Shown here: piece after piece, positions 29,226 to 39,175 of the stretch
Layout of the letters: each line of letters begins with the position of its first letter
How positions within the stretch are numbered: the first letter of the stretch is position 1
Source: Nitrospirota bacterium
Lineage (GTDB): Bacteria; Nitrospirota; UBA9217
NCBI GenBank assembly: GCA_963845065.1
Contig: CAWJQQ010000001.1
Span: forward strand, 832,001-896,000
Direction of reading: 5' to 3'
Length of the DNA: 64,000 nt
The notes under the pieces: model-generated
Databases searched by the model: none
What the model was told of the DNA's origin: nothing
The model's input: only the letters and a program-made list of their open reading frames with translations
Translations under genes and position numbers: made by a program

Positions 29226-30878
29226 ATGAAAATAAGTCCCTATGCAGGAAAGCTGGCCGAAGCATCGATGCAGGTGAATATACCCAGACTCGTGACGGCC
29301 TACTATACGGAGGTGCCTGATCCTACAATACCGGAACAACGGGTTACCTTCGGTACTTCTGGACATCGTGGTTCTGCATTAGAAAAGGCTTTCAATGAAA
29401 GGCATATCCTTGCCATCAGTCAGGCCATTTGCCTGTACCGGGAGCAGAAGAAGATCGATGGCCCGTTATTTCTCGGTATGGACACTCATGCTCTTTCCGT
29501 ACCAGCTCTTGCCAGTGCGCTTGAGGTGCTGGCGGCAAACAACGTGGAAGTCATGATCGCGCAGGGGGATGAATACACCCCAACTCCTGTCATTTCCCAG
29601 GCAATTCTTACGTTCAACCGCGGGCGAAAGAAAGGACTCGCCGACGGCATCGTCATCACGCCGTCACACAATCCGCCACATGATGGCGGGTTCAAATACA
29701 ATCCCCCGAACGGCGGGCCGGCAGAAACCACCGTCACGAGCTGGATCGAGGCGAAAGCAAACGAGTTTCTCAAAAATGGCCTTTTCGGTTTGAAGAGGAT
29801 TCCTTTCGAGAAAGCTCTTCGCGCCCCCACTACGCACCGGCACGACTATCTCAATGCTTACATTGCTGATCTCGCTAATGTGATCGACATGGATGCCATT
29901 CGCGCCGTGAACATCAGCATGGGAGTCGATCCACTCGGTGGTGCCGGCGTCCACTACTGGGGGCCGATTGCCGAGCGCTACGGGTTGAACCTTACCGTCG
30001 TGAACGAGGTCGTCGATCCAACCTTTCGTTTCATGACGGTTGATTGGGACGGTCAGATCCGTATGGACCCATCCTCACCCTACGCGATGCAGAGGTTAAT
30101 CGGCCTGAAGGATCGCTTCGAGATCGCCTGGGCCTGCGATACCGACCATGACCGGCATGGAATCGTCACCCGAAGCGCGGGATTGCTGCCGCCCAACCAT
30201 TATCTTTCCGTCGCCATTTTATACCTCTTCCAACACAGGGCGAAGTGGTGCAAGGAAGCTGCGATCGGCAAAACTATAGTTAGCAGTCGGATGATCGATC
30301 TCGTCGCTGCGAAGCTTGGAAGGAAGCTCTACGAGGTGCCGGTTGGATTCAAGTGGTTCGTTGATGGCTTGAGCGACGGTTCTCTCGGGTTTGGCGGTGA
30401 AGAGAGCGCGGGAGCGTCTTTTCTCCGTCACGACGGTACCGTCTGGACGACTGACAAGGATGGGATCGTGCCAGCCTTGCTTGCGGCGGAGATTACGGCG
30501 CGGATGGGCCGCGATCCCGGTGAGTTATACCGTGAGCTCACTGCAGAGTTCGGAGAGCCGCTATACGACCGGATCGAAGCACCGGCAACTCCTGATCAAA
30601 AAGAGATTCTGAAAAAACTCTCTCCGCACCAAGTTACGTCGACTGTTTTGGCCGGAGAGAAGATAGAGGACATTCTTACTCAGGCACCCGGCAACAACGC
30701 TTCACTCGGCGGGTTGAAGGTGATTGCAAAAAGCGGATGGTTCGCGGCGCGACCGTCTGGGACCGAGGATATCTACAAAATTTACGTAGAAAGTTTCCTC
30801 GGCAAAGACCATTTACATCGCATCCAGGAGGAAGCACAGACGATCGTCAGTGATGCTCTGGCGGCGTCTTCGCCGTAG
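29226..30878 (+). CDS. pgm: Phosphoglucomutase
   Basis: FGTSGHRG, TPSHNPP, CDTDHDRH, GGEESAG, RPSGTE. Confidence 0.96.
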   Translation: MKISPYAGKLAEASMQVNIPRLVTAYYTEVPDPTIPEQRVTFGTSGHRGSALEKAFNERHILAISQAICLYREQKKIDGPLFLGMDTHALSVPALASALEVLAANNVEVMIAQGDEYTPTPVISQAILTFNRGRKKGLADGIVITPSHNPPHDGGFKYNPPNGGPAETTVTSWIEAKANEFLKNGLFGLKRIPFEKALRAPTTHRHDYLNAYIADLANVIDMDAIRAVNISMGVDPLGGAGVHYWGPIAERYGLNLTVVNEVVDPTFRFMTVDWDGQIRMDPSSPYAMQRLIGLKDRFEIAWACDTDHDRHGIVTRSAGLLPPNHYLSVAILYLFQHRAKWCKEAAIGKTIVSSRMIDLVAAKLGRKLYEVPVGFKWFVDGLSDGSLGFGGEESAGASFLRHDGTVWTTDKDGIVPALLAAEITARMGRDPGELYRELTAEFGEPLYDRIEAPATPDQKEILKKLSPHQVTSTVLAGEKIEDILTQAPGNNASLGGLKVIAKSGWFAARPSGTEDIYKIYVESFLGKDHLHRIQEEAQTIVSDALAASSP

Positions 30879-30916
30879 CCGGAGATTCCTTTCAGGGCAA
30901 ATAAGAAGGAGAGACA

Positions 30917-33463
30917 ATGAGCAAACAGGCACCTTTCAACAAGCCAATATACAGTCTTCTTCCTCAAGGAGTAGAAGGATTCGACTCCCTGGCCGAGCTT
31001 GCCCTGGATCTGCGCTGGTCGTGGAGTCATGCCGCAGATCAAGTTTGGCAACTACTTGATCCCGGTTTGTGGGATCTCACGCACAATCCCTGGGCTGTCC
31101 TGCAGACGGTTTCTCGCGACCAGCTCCAGCACGTGTTAGCCAATCCCGTAATTCGCAAAAATATTGATGAACTCGTGCAGGCCAAACGTCAGGCGGCGAA
31201 GGCCCCCGTTTGGTTTCAGAAAGAGCATCCGCAGACTTCCCTTACCAGTGTCGCGTATTTCAGCATGGAATTTATGTTGAGTGAAGCTCTGCCTATATAT
31301 TCCGGCGGACTGGGTAATGTGGCCGGAGATCAGCTCAAATCGGCCAGTGATTTGGGCGTACCGGTGGTCGGCGTGGGTTTGCTCTACCAGCAAGGCTATT
31401 TTCGTCAAGTGCTCGACAAAGATGGAGCACAACAGGCCCTTTTCCCCTACAACGATCCCGGACAATTGCCTATCACACCATTGCGGCAGGAGAATGGGGA
31501 GTGGTTGCGGCTGAAACTCGATTTGCCCGGTTACCCGGTCTGGCTGCGCGCGTGGCAAGTCCAGGTTGGCCGATTGCACCTTTACCTGCTCGACAGCAAT
31601 GACCCTGCGAACCTCCCTGCTCATCGAGGCATTACCAGCGAGCTTTACGGGGGCGGGCCGGAGTTGCGGCTGAAACAAGAGATCATGCTTGGGATCGGCG
31701 GGTGGCGGTTGCTCCGCGCACTCGGTATCGAGCCGGAAGTCTGCCACCTGAATGAAGGACATGCGGCATTCGCGATTTTGGAACGAGCATTGAGTTTCAT
31801 GAACGATACAGGGCAGACGTTCGAAGTCGCGCTGGCCGTCACGCGAGCGGGTAACCTCTTCACCACCCACACTGCGGTGGCCGCAGGCTTTGACCGTTTT
31901 ACTCCAGCCCTCATTGAGCAATACCTCGGTGGTTATGCCGAACAGAAACTCGGCATAACTCTCTACGATTTGCTGGGCCTTGGCCGTCAGAACCCGAACG
32001 ACACGTCGGAAATTTTTAACATGGCATATCTGGCGGTCCGTGGGAGCGGTGCGGTCAATGGTGTGAGCAGCTTGCATGGAAAGGTGAGTCGGCAGCTTTT
32101 CGAGCCTCTCTTCCCGAACTGGCCGCTGGACGAAATCCCGGTTGGGCATGTGACTAACGGAGTCCATATGCCGACATGGGACTCGGCCCCGGCCGATGAT
32201 CTCTGGACGGAAACCTGTGGGAAGGACCGCTGGCTTGGGACAATGAAAACGCTGGAGCAGGACATTCGCCGCGTCTCCGATGTCAGGCTCTGGCAATTTC
32301 GTACCGCCGCCGGCAAATCTCTCATTGAATATGCTCGTATAAGTTTGTCGAGGCAACTGACCTCCTCGGGTGCGTCGCCCGAGGAGGTTGACTATGCGAA
32401 GCATCTGTTTGATGCCAATGCGTTGACATTGGGCTTTGCACGTCGCTTTGCAACCTACAAGAGACCGAACCTGCTGCTGCAAGATCCGGAGCGACTGCTT
32501 CGCCTTTTAACCAATCCAGAGCGCCCCGTGCAACTCATCCTTGCCGGTAAGGCCCATCCGGCGGACCAGGCGGGGCAAGCTCTGATTCAAGAATGGACCC
32601 ATTTTATCCGACGGTCTGAAGCACGTCCCCATGTGATCTTCCTTAGTGACTACGACATGCTTTTGACCGAGCACTTGGTGCAGGGGGTAGATGTCTGGAT
32701 CAATACGCCGCAGAGGCCCTGGGAGGCTTGCGGAACGAGCGGCATGAAAGTGCTTGTCAACGGTGGCATCAATCTTTCAGAATTGGACGGTTGGTGGGCG
32801 GAAGCCTACACACCTAAAGTGGGGTGGGCGTTGGGAGACGGCCAGGAGCACGGAGATGATCCAGCCTGGGATGCTGTAGAAGCCGAGGCACTCTATGCCT
32901 TGCTCGAACGCCAGGTGATCCCTGAGTTCTATACGCGCGACAAGAAGGGGATCCCCACAGCCTGGATGGCGCGGATGCGTGAAAGCATGGCGTGTCTAAC
33001 CCCCCGATTTTCAGCAAATCGCTCGGTTCGCGAATACAGTGAGCAACACTACATTCCGGCCGCTATAAACTATCGCGAACGAGCTGCAAATAAAGGGGTC
33101 GTAGGCAAACAGATGGTTGATTGGCGGCATACGGTGGAGCAGAAATGGGTCACACTCCACTTCGGTGACGTAAAGATCAATACCAACGGGAAGCAGCATG
33201 TATTCGAAGTTCAGGTCTATCTCAATGACCTCGACCCGAAGGCGGTGCGTGTAGAGCTTTATGCCGACGGCATTAATGGCGGCAAAACGGTGCGGCAGGA
33301 GATGAAGCGTGTTCGCCAGCCGAGGAGTGCGTTGGATGGCTACGTTTACAGCGCGGCGGTGCCTGCGGCCCGCCCGGCGTCGGACTATACGGCGAGGGTG
33401 ATACCGCATTGCACCGGCGTTATGGTTCCTCTGGAAGCAGAGCACATACTCTGGCAGCATTGA
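30917..33463 (+). CDS. glgP: Alpha-glucan phosphorylase
   Basis: YSGGLG, HLNEGH, FARRFATYKR, EACGTSGMK. Confidence 0.96.
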   Translation: MSKQAPFNKPIYSLLPQGVEGFDSLAELALDLRWSWSHAADQVWQLLDPGLWDLTHNPWAVLQTVSRDQLQHVLANPVIRKNIDELVQAKRQAAKAPVWFQKEHPQTSLTSVAYFSMEFMLSEALPIYSGGLGNVAGDQLKSASDLGVPVVGVGLLYQQGYFRQVLDKDGAQQALFPYNDPGQLPITPLRQENGEWLRLKLDLPGYPVWLRAWQVQVGRLHLYLLDSNDPANLPAHRGITSELYGGGPELRLKQEIMLGIGGWRLLRALGIEPEVCHLNEGHAAFAILERALSFMNDTGQTFEVALAVTRAGNLFTTHTAVAAGFDRFTPALIEQYLGGYAEQKLGITLYDLLGLGRQNPNDTSEIFNMAYLAVRGSGAVNGVSSLHGKVSRQLFEPLFPNWPLDEIPVGHVTNGVHMPTWDSAPADDLWTETCGKDRWLGTMKTLEQDIRRVSDVRLWQFRTAAGKSLIEYARISLSRQLTSSGASPEEVDYAKHLFDANALTLGFARRFATYKRPNLLLQDPERLLRLLTNPERPVQLILAGKAHPADQAGQALIQEWTHFIRRSEARPHVIFLSDYDMLLTEHLVQGVDVWINTPQRPWEACGTSGMKVLVNGGINLSELDGWWAEAYTPKVGWALGDGQEHGDDPAWDAVEAEALYALLERQVIPEFYTRDKKGIPTAWMARMRESMACLTPRFSANRSVREYSEQHYIPAAINYRERAANKGVVGKQMVDWRHTVEQKWVTLHFGDVKINTNGKQHVFEVQVYLNDLDPKAVRVELYADGINGGKTVRQEMKRVRQPRSALDGYVYSAAVPAARPASDYTARVIPHCTGVMVPLEAEHILWQH

Positions 33464-33502
33464 GTCAATCTCGAACGGAAGAAAGACGACAGAAGACAGA
33501 TT

Positions 33503-35791
33503 ATGAACGAGCCAAAAAGACTGAAAAGAATGCGACAAACAAAAGACCGGATACTGTCCAAGTCAGTCCGTACCGCAGAAAAGGTGGACGCGACCAAAGG
33601 TCTGACTACGTCTGAACGACCTCTTCATGATTATGTGGCAGAGGTATCGGAGCGGACTGATATTCGAGTTGGTGTGCCATTGCCTCTGGGAACCTATGCA
33701 CATGGCGAAGGAGTGAACTTTGCTTTTTTCAGCCGACACGCCAGCCGAGTTCGGCTAGAGTTGTTTGATCATCCAGAAGATGCCACGGCAGATAGAGTGA
33801 TCGATCTAGATCCCGCGTGCAATCGCACTGGTGACGTGTGGCACGTCTGGGTTGAAGGGATTAGGCACGGCCAACTATATGCCTATCGCGTAGACGGTCC
33901 GTATCAACCCAAGGAGGGCCATCGTTTCAATTTCAACAAGCTTCTCATAGATCCCTTTGCTACGGCTATCTCGCGGTCGCCCGCCTGGGACTTTGGCCCT
34001 GCTCGGGGATACGATCATTCTGTGCCCGACGGAGACTCAGTGCGTTCAATGGTAGATAATGCCGGCTCCATGCCAAAATGCATATTCTCGCAGGAGCATT
34101 TTCACTGGCAAGAGGACCGTCCGCCCAGGCATCCCTGGTCGAAGACGGTCATTTATGAAACACACGTGCGTGGTTTCACTATCCATCCCAGCTCAGGTGT
34201 GGAGCATCCTGGCACGTACCGAGGTCTAATGGAGAAGATCCCCTATTTCAAAGAACTAGGGGTGACGGCCGTGGAACTGATGCCAGTGCAGGAATTCAAT
34301 GAACACCAGATGGCAGGCATCAATCCGCAAACAGGCCAGGCGCTAGGGAATTACTGGGGCTACGATCCCGTAGCTTTTTTTGCACCAAAAGCTTCCTATA
34401 GCAGTTCGGGAGGCGTGGGTCAGCAAAAACTGGAATTTAAAGAAATGATCCGAGCCTTCCATGGGGCCGGTATCGAGGTGATCCTGGACGTGGTCTTCAA
34501 TCATACGGCCGAGGGAAACGAACAGGGGCCTTCACTTTGTTTCCGCGGTATTGATAATACGATCTTCTACATTCTGGAGAACGATAAACGCTATTACAAG
34601 GATTATACGGGCACCGGCAACACCGTCAATGCCAACCATCCCGTAGTGCGGGATTACATCCTGACCGCGTTGCGCTACTGGGTGGTGGAGATGCATGTCG
34701 ACGGATTTCGTTTTGACCTGGCCGCGGTGCTCGGTCGGGGCCGTACCGGCAACTTGCTTCCAAACCCCCCGCTTCTCGAGCGAATCGCCGAGGACCCAAT
34801 TTTAAGGGATGTTAGGATCATCGCTGAGGCATGGGATGCCGCTGGAGCGTATGAGGTCGGGAGTTTCTCCGAATGCCGTTGGGCGGAGTGGAACGGTCAG
34901 TACCGTGATGACGTCCGACGGTTCTGGCGCGGCGATGATGGGATGCTTGGTTTGTTTGCCAGCCGCATCTGCGGCAGTGCAGACATCTACGCCAGGTCGG
35001 GCAAAGGCCCAGAGAGCAGCATCAATTTCGTCACCTGCCATGATGGGTTCACTCTGAAAGACTTGGTCAGCTATCGTTATAAGCACAATGAAGCAAACGG
35101 AGAAAACAATCATGATGGGACAAACTACAACTTCAGCGAGAACTACGGCGCAGAAGGCGAGACAACGGATGCCGCGATCGAGGCCGTGCGGAAACGCCAG
35201 ATCAAAAACTTCCTGCTGACTCTTTTGATCTCGCGCGGGGTGCCGATGCTGCTCGGCGGGGACGAATTTCGCCGCACGCAGGGCGGCAACAACAATGCCT
35301 ACTGCCAGGACAACGAAACGAGCTGGCATGACTGGAGCTATCTGGAACAGCAAAGAGAAATTTTCCGCTTCACCCGTGGCATGATTGCCTTTCGTCGTGC
35401 CCATCCGATTCTGAGTAATGAGCAATTCTATTTGGATTCAGAGGTCCATTGGTTTGGCTCGCAAGGGGGATTGCCCAACTGGGATAATCCAAAAGAAAAA
35501 CAGTTTGCCTGTCTGATCCATGAGGATGAGCAGAGCGCACTGTACATTATGTTCAATGCCAGTGCCGATGCAGTCGATTTCGGTTTGCCTCCTGTACTGC
35601 CGGGGGCTCGGTGGCGTCTAGCCGTTGACACCTCTCGCGAAGCGCCACAAGATATGTTTGCTGCGGGTGAGGAACCGCTTTGGGAAGATTCACAAACTTA
35701 CCACCGCCTGAGCCCAAGATCTAGCGCCATACTTATTGCTCGAGGACCGGACTATCAAAGGTGGCAGGTGGCGTTGACGGAGACCAAATGA
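33503..35791 (+). CDS. glgX: Glycogen debranching enzyme
   Basis: NYWGYDP, DVVFNHT, DGFRFDLA, AEAWD, NFVTCHDGFTL, GNNNAYCQD; true start may be downstream. Confidence 0.95.
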   Translation: MNEPKRLKRMRQTKDRILSKSVRTAEKVDATKGLTTSERPLHDYVAEVSERTDIRVGVPLPLGTYAHGEGVNFAFFSRHASRVRLELFDHPEDATADRVIDLDPACNRTGDVWHVWVEGIRHGQLYAYRVDGPYQPKEGHRFNFNKLLIDPFATAISRSPAWDFGPARGYDHSVPDGDSVRSMVDNAGSMPKCIFSQEHFHWQEDRPPRHPWSKTVIYETHVRGFTIHPSSGVEHPGTYRGLMEKIPYFKELGVTAVELMPVQEFNEHQMAGINPQTGQALGNYWGYDPVAFFAPKASYSSSGGVGQQKLEFKEMIRAFHGAGIEVILDVVFNHTAEGNEQGPSLCFRGIDNTIFYILENDKRYYKDYTGTGNTVNANHPVVRDYILTALRYWVVEMHVDGFRFDLAAVLGRGRTGNLLPNPPLLERIAEDPILRDVRIIAEAWDAAGAYEVGSFSECRWAEWNGQYRDDVRRFWRGDDGMLGLFASRICGSADIYARSGKGPESSINFVTCHDGFTLKDLVSYRYKHNEANGENNHDGTNYNFSENYGAEGETTDAAIEAVRKRQIKNFLLTLLISRGVPMLLGGDEFRRTQGGNNNAYCQDNETSWHDWSYLEQQREIFRFTRGMIAFRRAHPILSNEQFYLDSEVHWFGSQGGLPNWDNPKEKQFACLIHEDEQSALYIMFNASADAVDFGLPPVLPGARWRLAVDTSREAPQDMFAAGEEPLWEDSQTYHRLSPRSSAILIARGPDYQRWQVALTETK

Positions 35792-36435
35792 AAAGAGTGA
35801 TTCCGATCACGACCTTGTTTCTGGATATTGGCGGTGTCCTGCTCACCAACGGGTGGGATCATCACGCTCGTAAACAGGCAGCGATGAACTTCAAGCTGAA
35901 GTTGACAGAGATGGAGGAGCGGCATCATTTGACCTTCGCCACCTACGAGGAGGGAAAGCTCACGCTGGGAGAATATTTGGGGCGAGTAGTCTTCTACCAA
36001 AAGCGATCGTTCACCCGGGCTCAGTTTCGGAAATTCATGTTCGAGCAGTCGAAGCCATATCCTCAAATGATCGATTTGGTCCGCCGGCTTAAGGCACAGT
36101 ATGGATTGAAGATTGTCGTGGTCAGCAACGAAGCACGGGATCTGAATTCGCACCGAATTCGAAAGTTCAAGCTTGATAGGTTCGTGGATTCCTTCATCTC
36201 ATCCTGCTTCGTCCATGTTCGCAAGCCCGACGCGGACATCTTTCGGCTTGCGCTGGATATCGCCCAGGTACCAGCCCGGCAGGTAGTCTATATCGAAAAC
36301 ACTTCGATGTTCATACAAATTGCAGAAGGTTTGGGAATTCGAAGCATTCTTCACACGGATTACAGGTCCACATGCGCGAAACTGGCTTCGTTTGGATTGC
36401 AGATTGACGAAGGAGTCATTCATGAGACCAGCTAA
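35788..36435 (+). CDS. HAD-family phosphatase
   Basis: LFLDIGGVL, VSNE, RKPD. Confidence 0.88.
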   Translation: MKRVIPITTLFLDIGGVLLTNGWDHHARKQAAMNFKLKLTEMEERHHLTFATYEEGKLTLGEYLGRVVFYQKRSFTRAQFRKFMFEQSKPYPQMIDLVRRLKAQYGLKIVVVSNEARDLNSHRIRKFKLDRFVDSFISSCFVHVRKPDADIFRLALDIAQVPARQVVYIENTSMFIQIAEGLGIRSILHTDYRSTCAKLASFGLQIDEGVIHETS

Positions 36436-37651
36436 CCAACGCATCCTGACGATCAATGGCGGTTCATCAAGCATCAAATTCGCGATATTCGAGGCCGGTG
36501 AATCGCTCCTGCGGATTCTGGAAGGAAGTATTGAACGGATTGGACCGCCGGAGGCCACATTCAGGGTGAAAGGCATGAACCAGGCGGACAACTTTTCGCA
36601 GTTAGTTACTGCGCCGGATCACACGGCGGCGGTGAGCGCTTTGATGGATTGGATCGAGGAACGCAGTGGGCGTGACGCATTGACCGCGGTAGGGCATCGC
36701 GTGGTGCATGGTGGGCCAAAGTATAGTAAACCACAGCGAATTACCGCGGAAATGGTTGAGGAGCTGCACAGGCTTAGTCCATTCGATCCTGATCATCTCC
36801 CGGAGGAGATCCTGTTGACCGAGGCGTTTCATCGCAGATTTCCTGACCTGCCCCAAATAGCATGTTTCGATACGGCCTTTCACCATGACCTGCCGCGCGT
36901 GGCCCGATTGTTGCCGATCCCGCGCCGTTACGAAGCGCAGGGGGTGCGGCGGTACGGTTTTCACGGGTTGTCGTATGCGTTTCTCATGGAAGAACTGGCC
37001 CGCATGGCCGGAGCGGAAACGGCACAAGGCCGGGTCATCCTCGCCCACCTCGGCAATGGCGCGAGCCTGGCGGCGGTGCGTGATGGCAAATCTGTGGACA
37101 CAAGCATGAGTTTCACCCCGACAGCCGGTGTGCCGATGAGCACTCGTTCGGGCGATCTCGATCCTGGACTGCTTTGGTATCTGGCGCGCACCGAGGGGCT
37201 CGACGCAAAACGGTTCAATGAGATGGTCAATCTTCAGTCCGGGCTGCTTGGCGTGTCGGAGACCAGTTCCGACATGCGTGACTTGCTCAACCGTGAAACG
37301 CAGGACGTGCGGGCGGCTGAAGCGGTCGCGCTGTTTTGCTACCAGGTTAAGAAATGTATCGGTGCATTCGCTGCGGCGTTGGACGGACTGGACACGATGG
37401 TGTTCGCTGGCGGCATCGGAGAGAATGCACCCACTGTCCGCGCCCGGATTTTAGAGGGGCTGGGATTCCTTGGAATCGAACTAGAAGAAAAGCGAAACGC
37501 GGGAAATGAGGGCGTGATTTCTGCGACGGCCAGCCGGGTTGCGGTGCGAGTCATTCGAACGGACGAAGAAATAATGATAGCCAGGACGGTTTGCCGCGTT
37601 CTTGGACTGCGGGATGGAAAGGAAATTTGCCGTGAAGACGAAGAGGACTAA
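36422..37651 (+). CDS. ackA: Acetate/propionate kinase
   Basis: INGGSSSIK, GHRVVHGG, FDTAFH, YGFHGLSY, HLGNGAS, GGIGEN, TDEE. Confidence 0.95.
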   Translation: MRPANQRILTINGGSSSIKFAIFEAGESLLRILEGSIERIGPPEATFRVKGMNQADNFSQLVTAPDHTAAVSALMDWIEERSGRDALTAVGHRVVHGGPKYSKPQRITAEMVEELHRLSPFDPDHLPEEILLTEAFHRRFPDLPQIACFDTAFHHDLPRVARLLPIPRRYEAQGVRRYGFHGLSYAFLMEELARMAGAETAQGRVILAHLGNGASLAAVRDGKSVDTSMSFTPTAGVPMSTRSGDLDPGLLWYLARTEGLDAKRFNEMVNLQSGLLGVSETSSDMRDLLNRETQDVRAAEAVALFCYQVKKCIGAFAAALDGLDTMVFAGGIGENAPTVRARILEGLGFLGIELEEKRNAGNEGVISATASRVAVRVIRTDEEIMIARTVCRVLGLRDGKEICREDEED

Positions 37652-37669
37652 CCTCAGGGACAGACCGAA

Positions 37670-39130
37670 ATGACGATGACCATCGGTAACGTGGTGCACA
37701 ACGTCTGGCACATCGCTGCCATCGGACTGGGGTTGCTTCTCTCTGTTTGGGCTACTGGCCACGCGGTTCTCAATAAGCGTGACTCGCGCGCCGCCATCGC
37801 ATGGGTGGGTTTCGTTTGGCTCGTCCCCCTAGTCGGGGCTGTTATGTACTTCATCTTCGGAGTCAATCGCATTCGCCATAAGGCCGCTCTACTGCGGAGG
37901 AACCTTGAGCGGTACCGGGCACAAGCCGAGCAACCTGAATGTCGTCCGGAAGAGTTGCAACGCCATCTGCCGGATCACGATGGGCATATCAAGATGCTGG
38001 CTCGGGTCGTTGGGGGCATGGTGGAACGACCCTTGCTGCCGGGCAATCGGATCGAGCCATTGGTGACCGGTGATGAAGCCTATCCGGCCATGTTGGAAGC
38101 GATCAAACGAGCAAGCCAGACTGTTTCTTTTGTGACCTATATTTTCGATAGGGACGAAGTCGGGATGGCCTTTGCACATGCGCTTGGCGAGGCCGCGCGC
38201 AGGGGCGTGGAAGTGCGGGTGCTGATTGACGCGACGGGGAGTCGGTATTCCTGGCCCACCATTCTCCAAACGCTGCGACAGGAAGGCGTGAAGTATGCAC
38301 GGTTCCTCCCGTTTTGCTTTGTGGCATCTAATGTCGATGAACATGCATATGCACCGGAAGATCCTGGTGGTGGATGGGTGCGTGGGATTTACCGGTGGCA
38401 TGAATATTCGAGTGGGGCATTGCCTTCAACGCCAGCCGAAAAACCCGGTAAGGACATCCATTTCCGTGTGCAGGGCCCTGTGGTGACCCAACTGCAAGAA
38501 GTGTTCGCCGACGATTGGCTGTTCACGACCGGCGAATCCTTGCGTGGTGATTCATGGTTTCCCAAAACAGAAAACGTGGGACAGGTGTTGGCGCGAGGCG
38601 TGGCCGATGGCCCGGACGAGAATTTTGAGAAGCTTCTTTGGACGTTGTTGGGAGCGCTTTCGATCGCCCGCTATTCCATTCGGATCATGACTCCCTATTT
38701 TCTGCCCGACCCTGACGTGATCTCCGCCTTGAATCTGGCGGCAATGCGGGGCGTGCAGGTGGACATTATTTTACCCTCACGGATCAATGTGCCCTTCGTC
38801 CTTTTTGCCTCCCGGGCGATGTGGTCGCAAGTGCTTCAGCATGGATGCCGAATATGGCTAACCCCGCTTCCATTCGATCACTCCAAACTAATGTTAGTAG
38901 ATGGCTGCTGGGTGCTGCTGGGGTCTGCCAACTGGGATTCGAGAAGCTTGCGACTCAACTTCGAGTTCAACTTGGAATGCTATGATGTTGAACTTGCCCA
39001 ACGGCTCGAGCAGCTGTTCGAGACAAGAATGGATGGTGCACATCCTGTGACGCTGGATGAGGTTAATGATCGCCCACTGCTGGCTCGCCTGCGTGACGGC
39101 ATTGCGCATTTGCTAACACCGTACTTGTAG
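37670..39130 (+). CDS. cls: Cardiolipin synthase-like PLD; first HKD motif lies in a shifted frame
   Basis: PLDc N-terminal TMs; second HSKLMLVD in frame; HRKILVVDG..GGMNI only in ORF 38295-38486. Confidence 0.85.
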   Translation: MTMTIGNVVHNVWHIAAIGLGLLLSVWATGHAVLNKRDSRAAIAWVGFVWLVPLVGAVMYFIFGVNRIRHKAALLRRNLERYRAQAEQPECRPEELQRHLPDHDGHIKMLARVVGGMVERPLLPGNRIEPLVTGDEAYPAMLEAIKRASQTVSFVTYIFDRDEVGMAFAHALGEAARRGVEVRVLIDATGSRYSWPTILQTLRQEGVKYARFLPFCFVASNVDEHAYAPEDPGGGWVRGIYRWHEYSSGALPSTPAEKPGKDIHFRVQGPVVTQLQEVFADDWLFTTGESLRGDSWFPKTENVGQVLARGVADGPDENFEKLLWTLLGALSIARYSIRIMTPYFLPDPDVISALNLAAMRGVQVDIILPSRINVPFVLFASRAMWSQVLQHGCRIWLTPLPFDHSKLMLVDGCWVLLGSANWDSRSLRLNFEFNLECYDVELAQRLEQLFETRMDGAHPVTLDEVNDRPLLARLRDGIAHLLTPYL

Positions 39131-39175
39131 TCCGAGACTTATGTACGTGCAAAACAGCTGGAAAGGAAGGCGATC

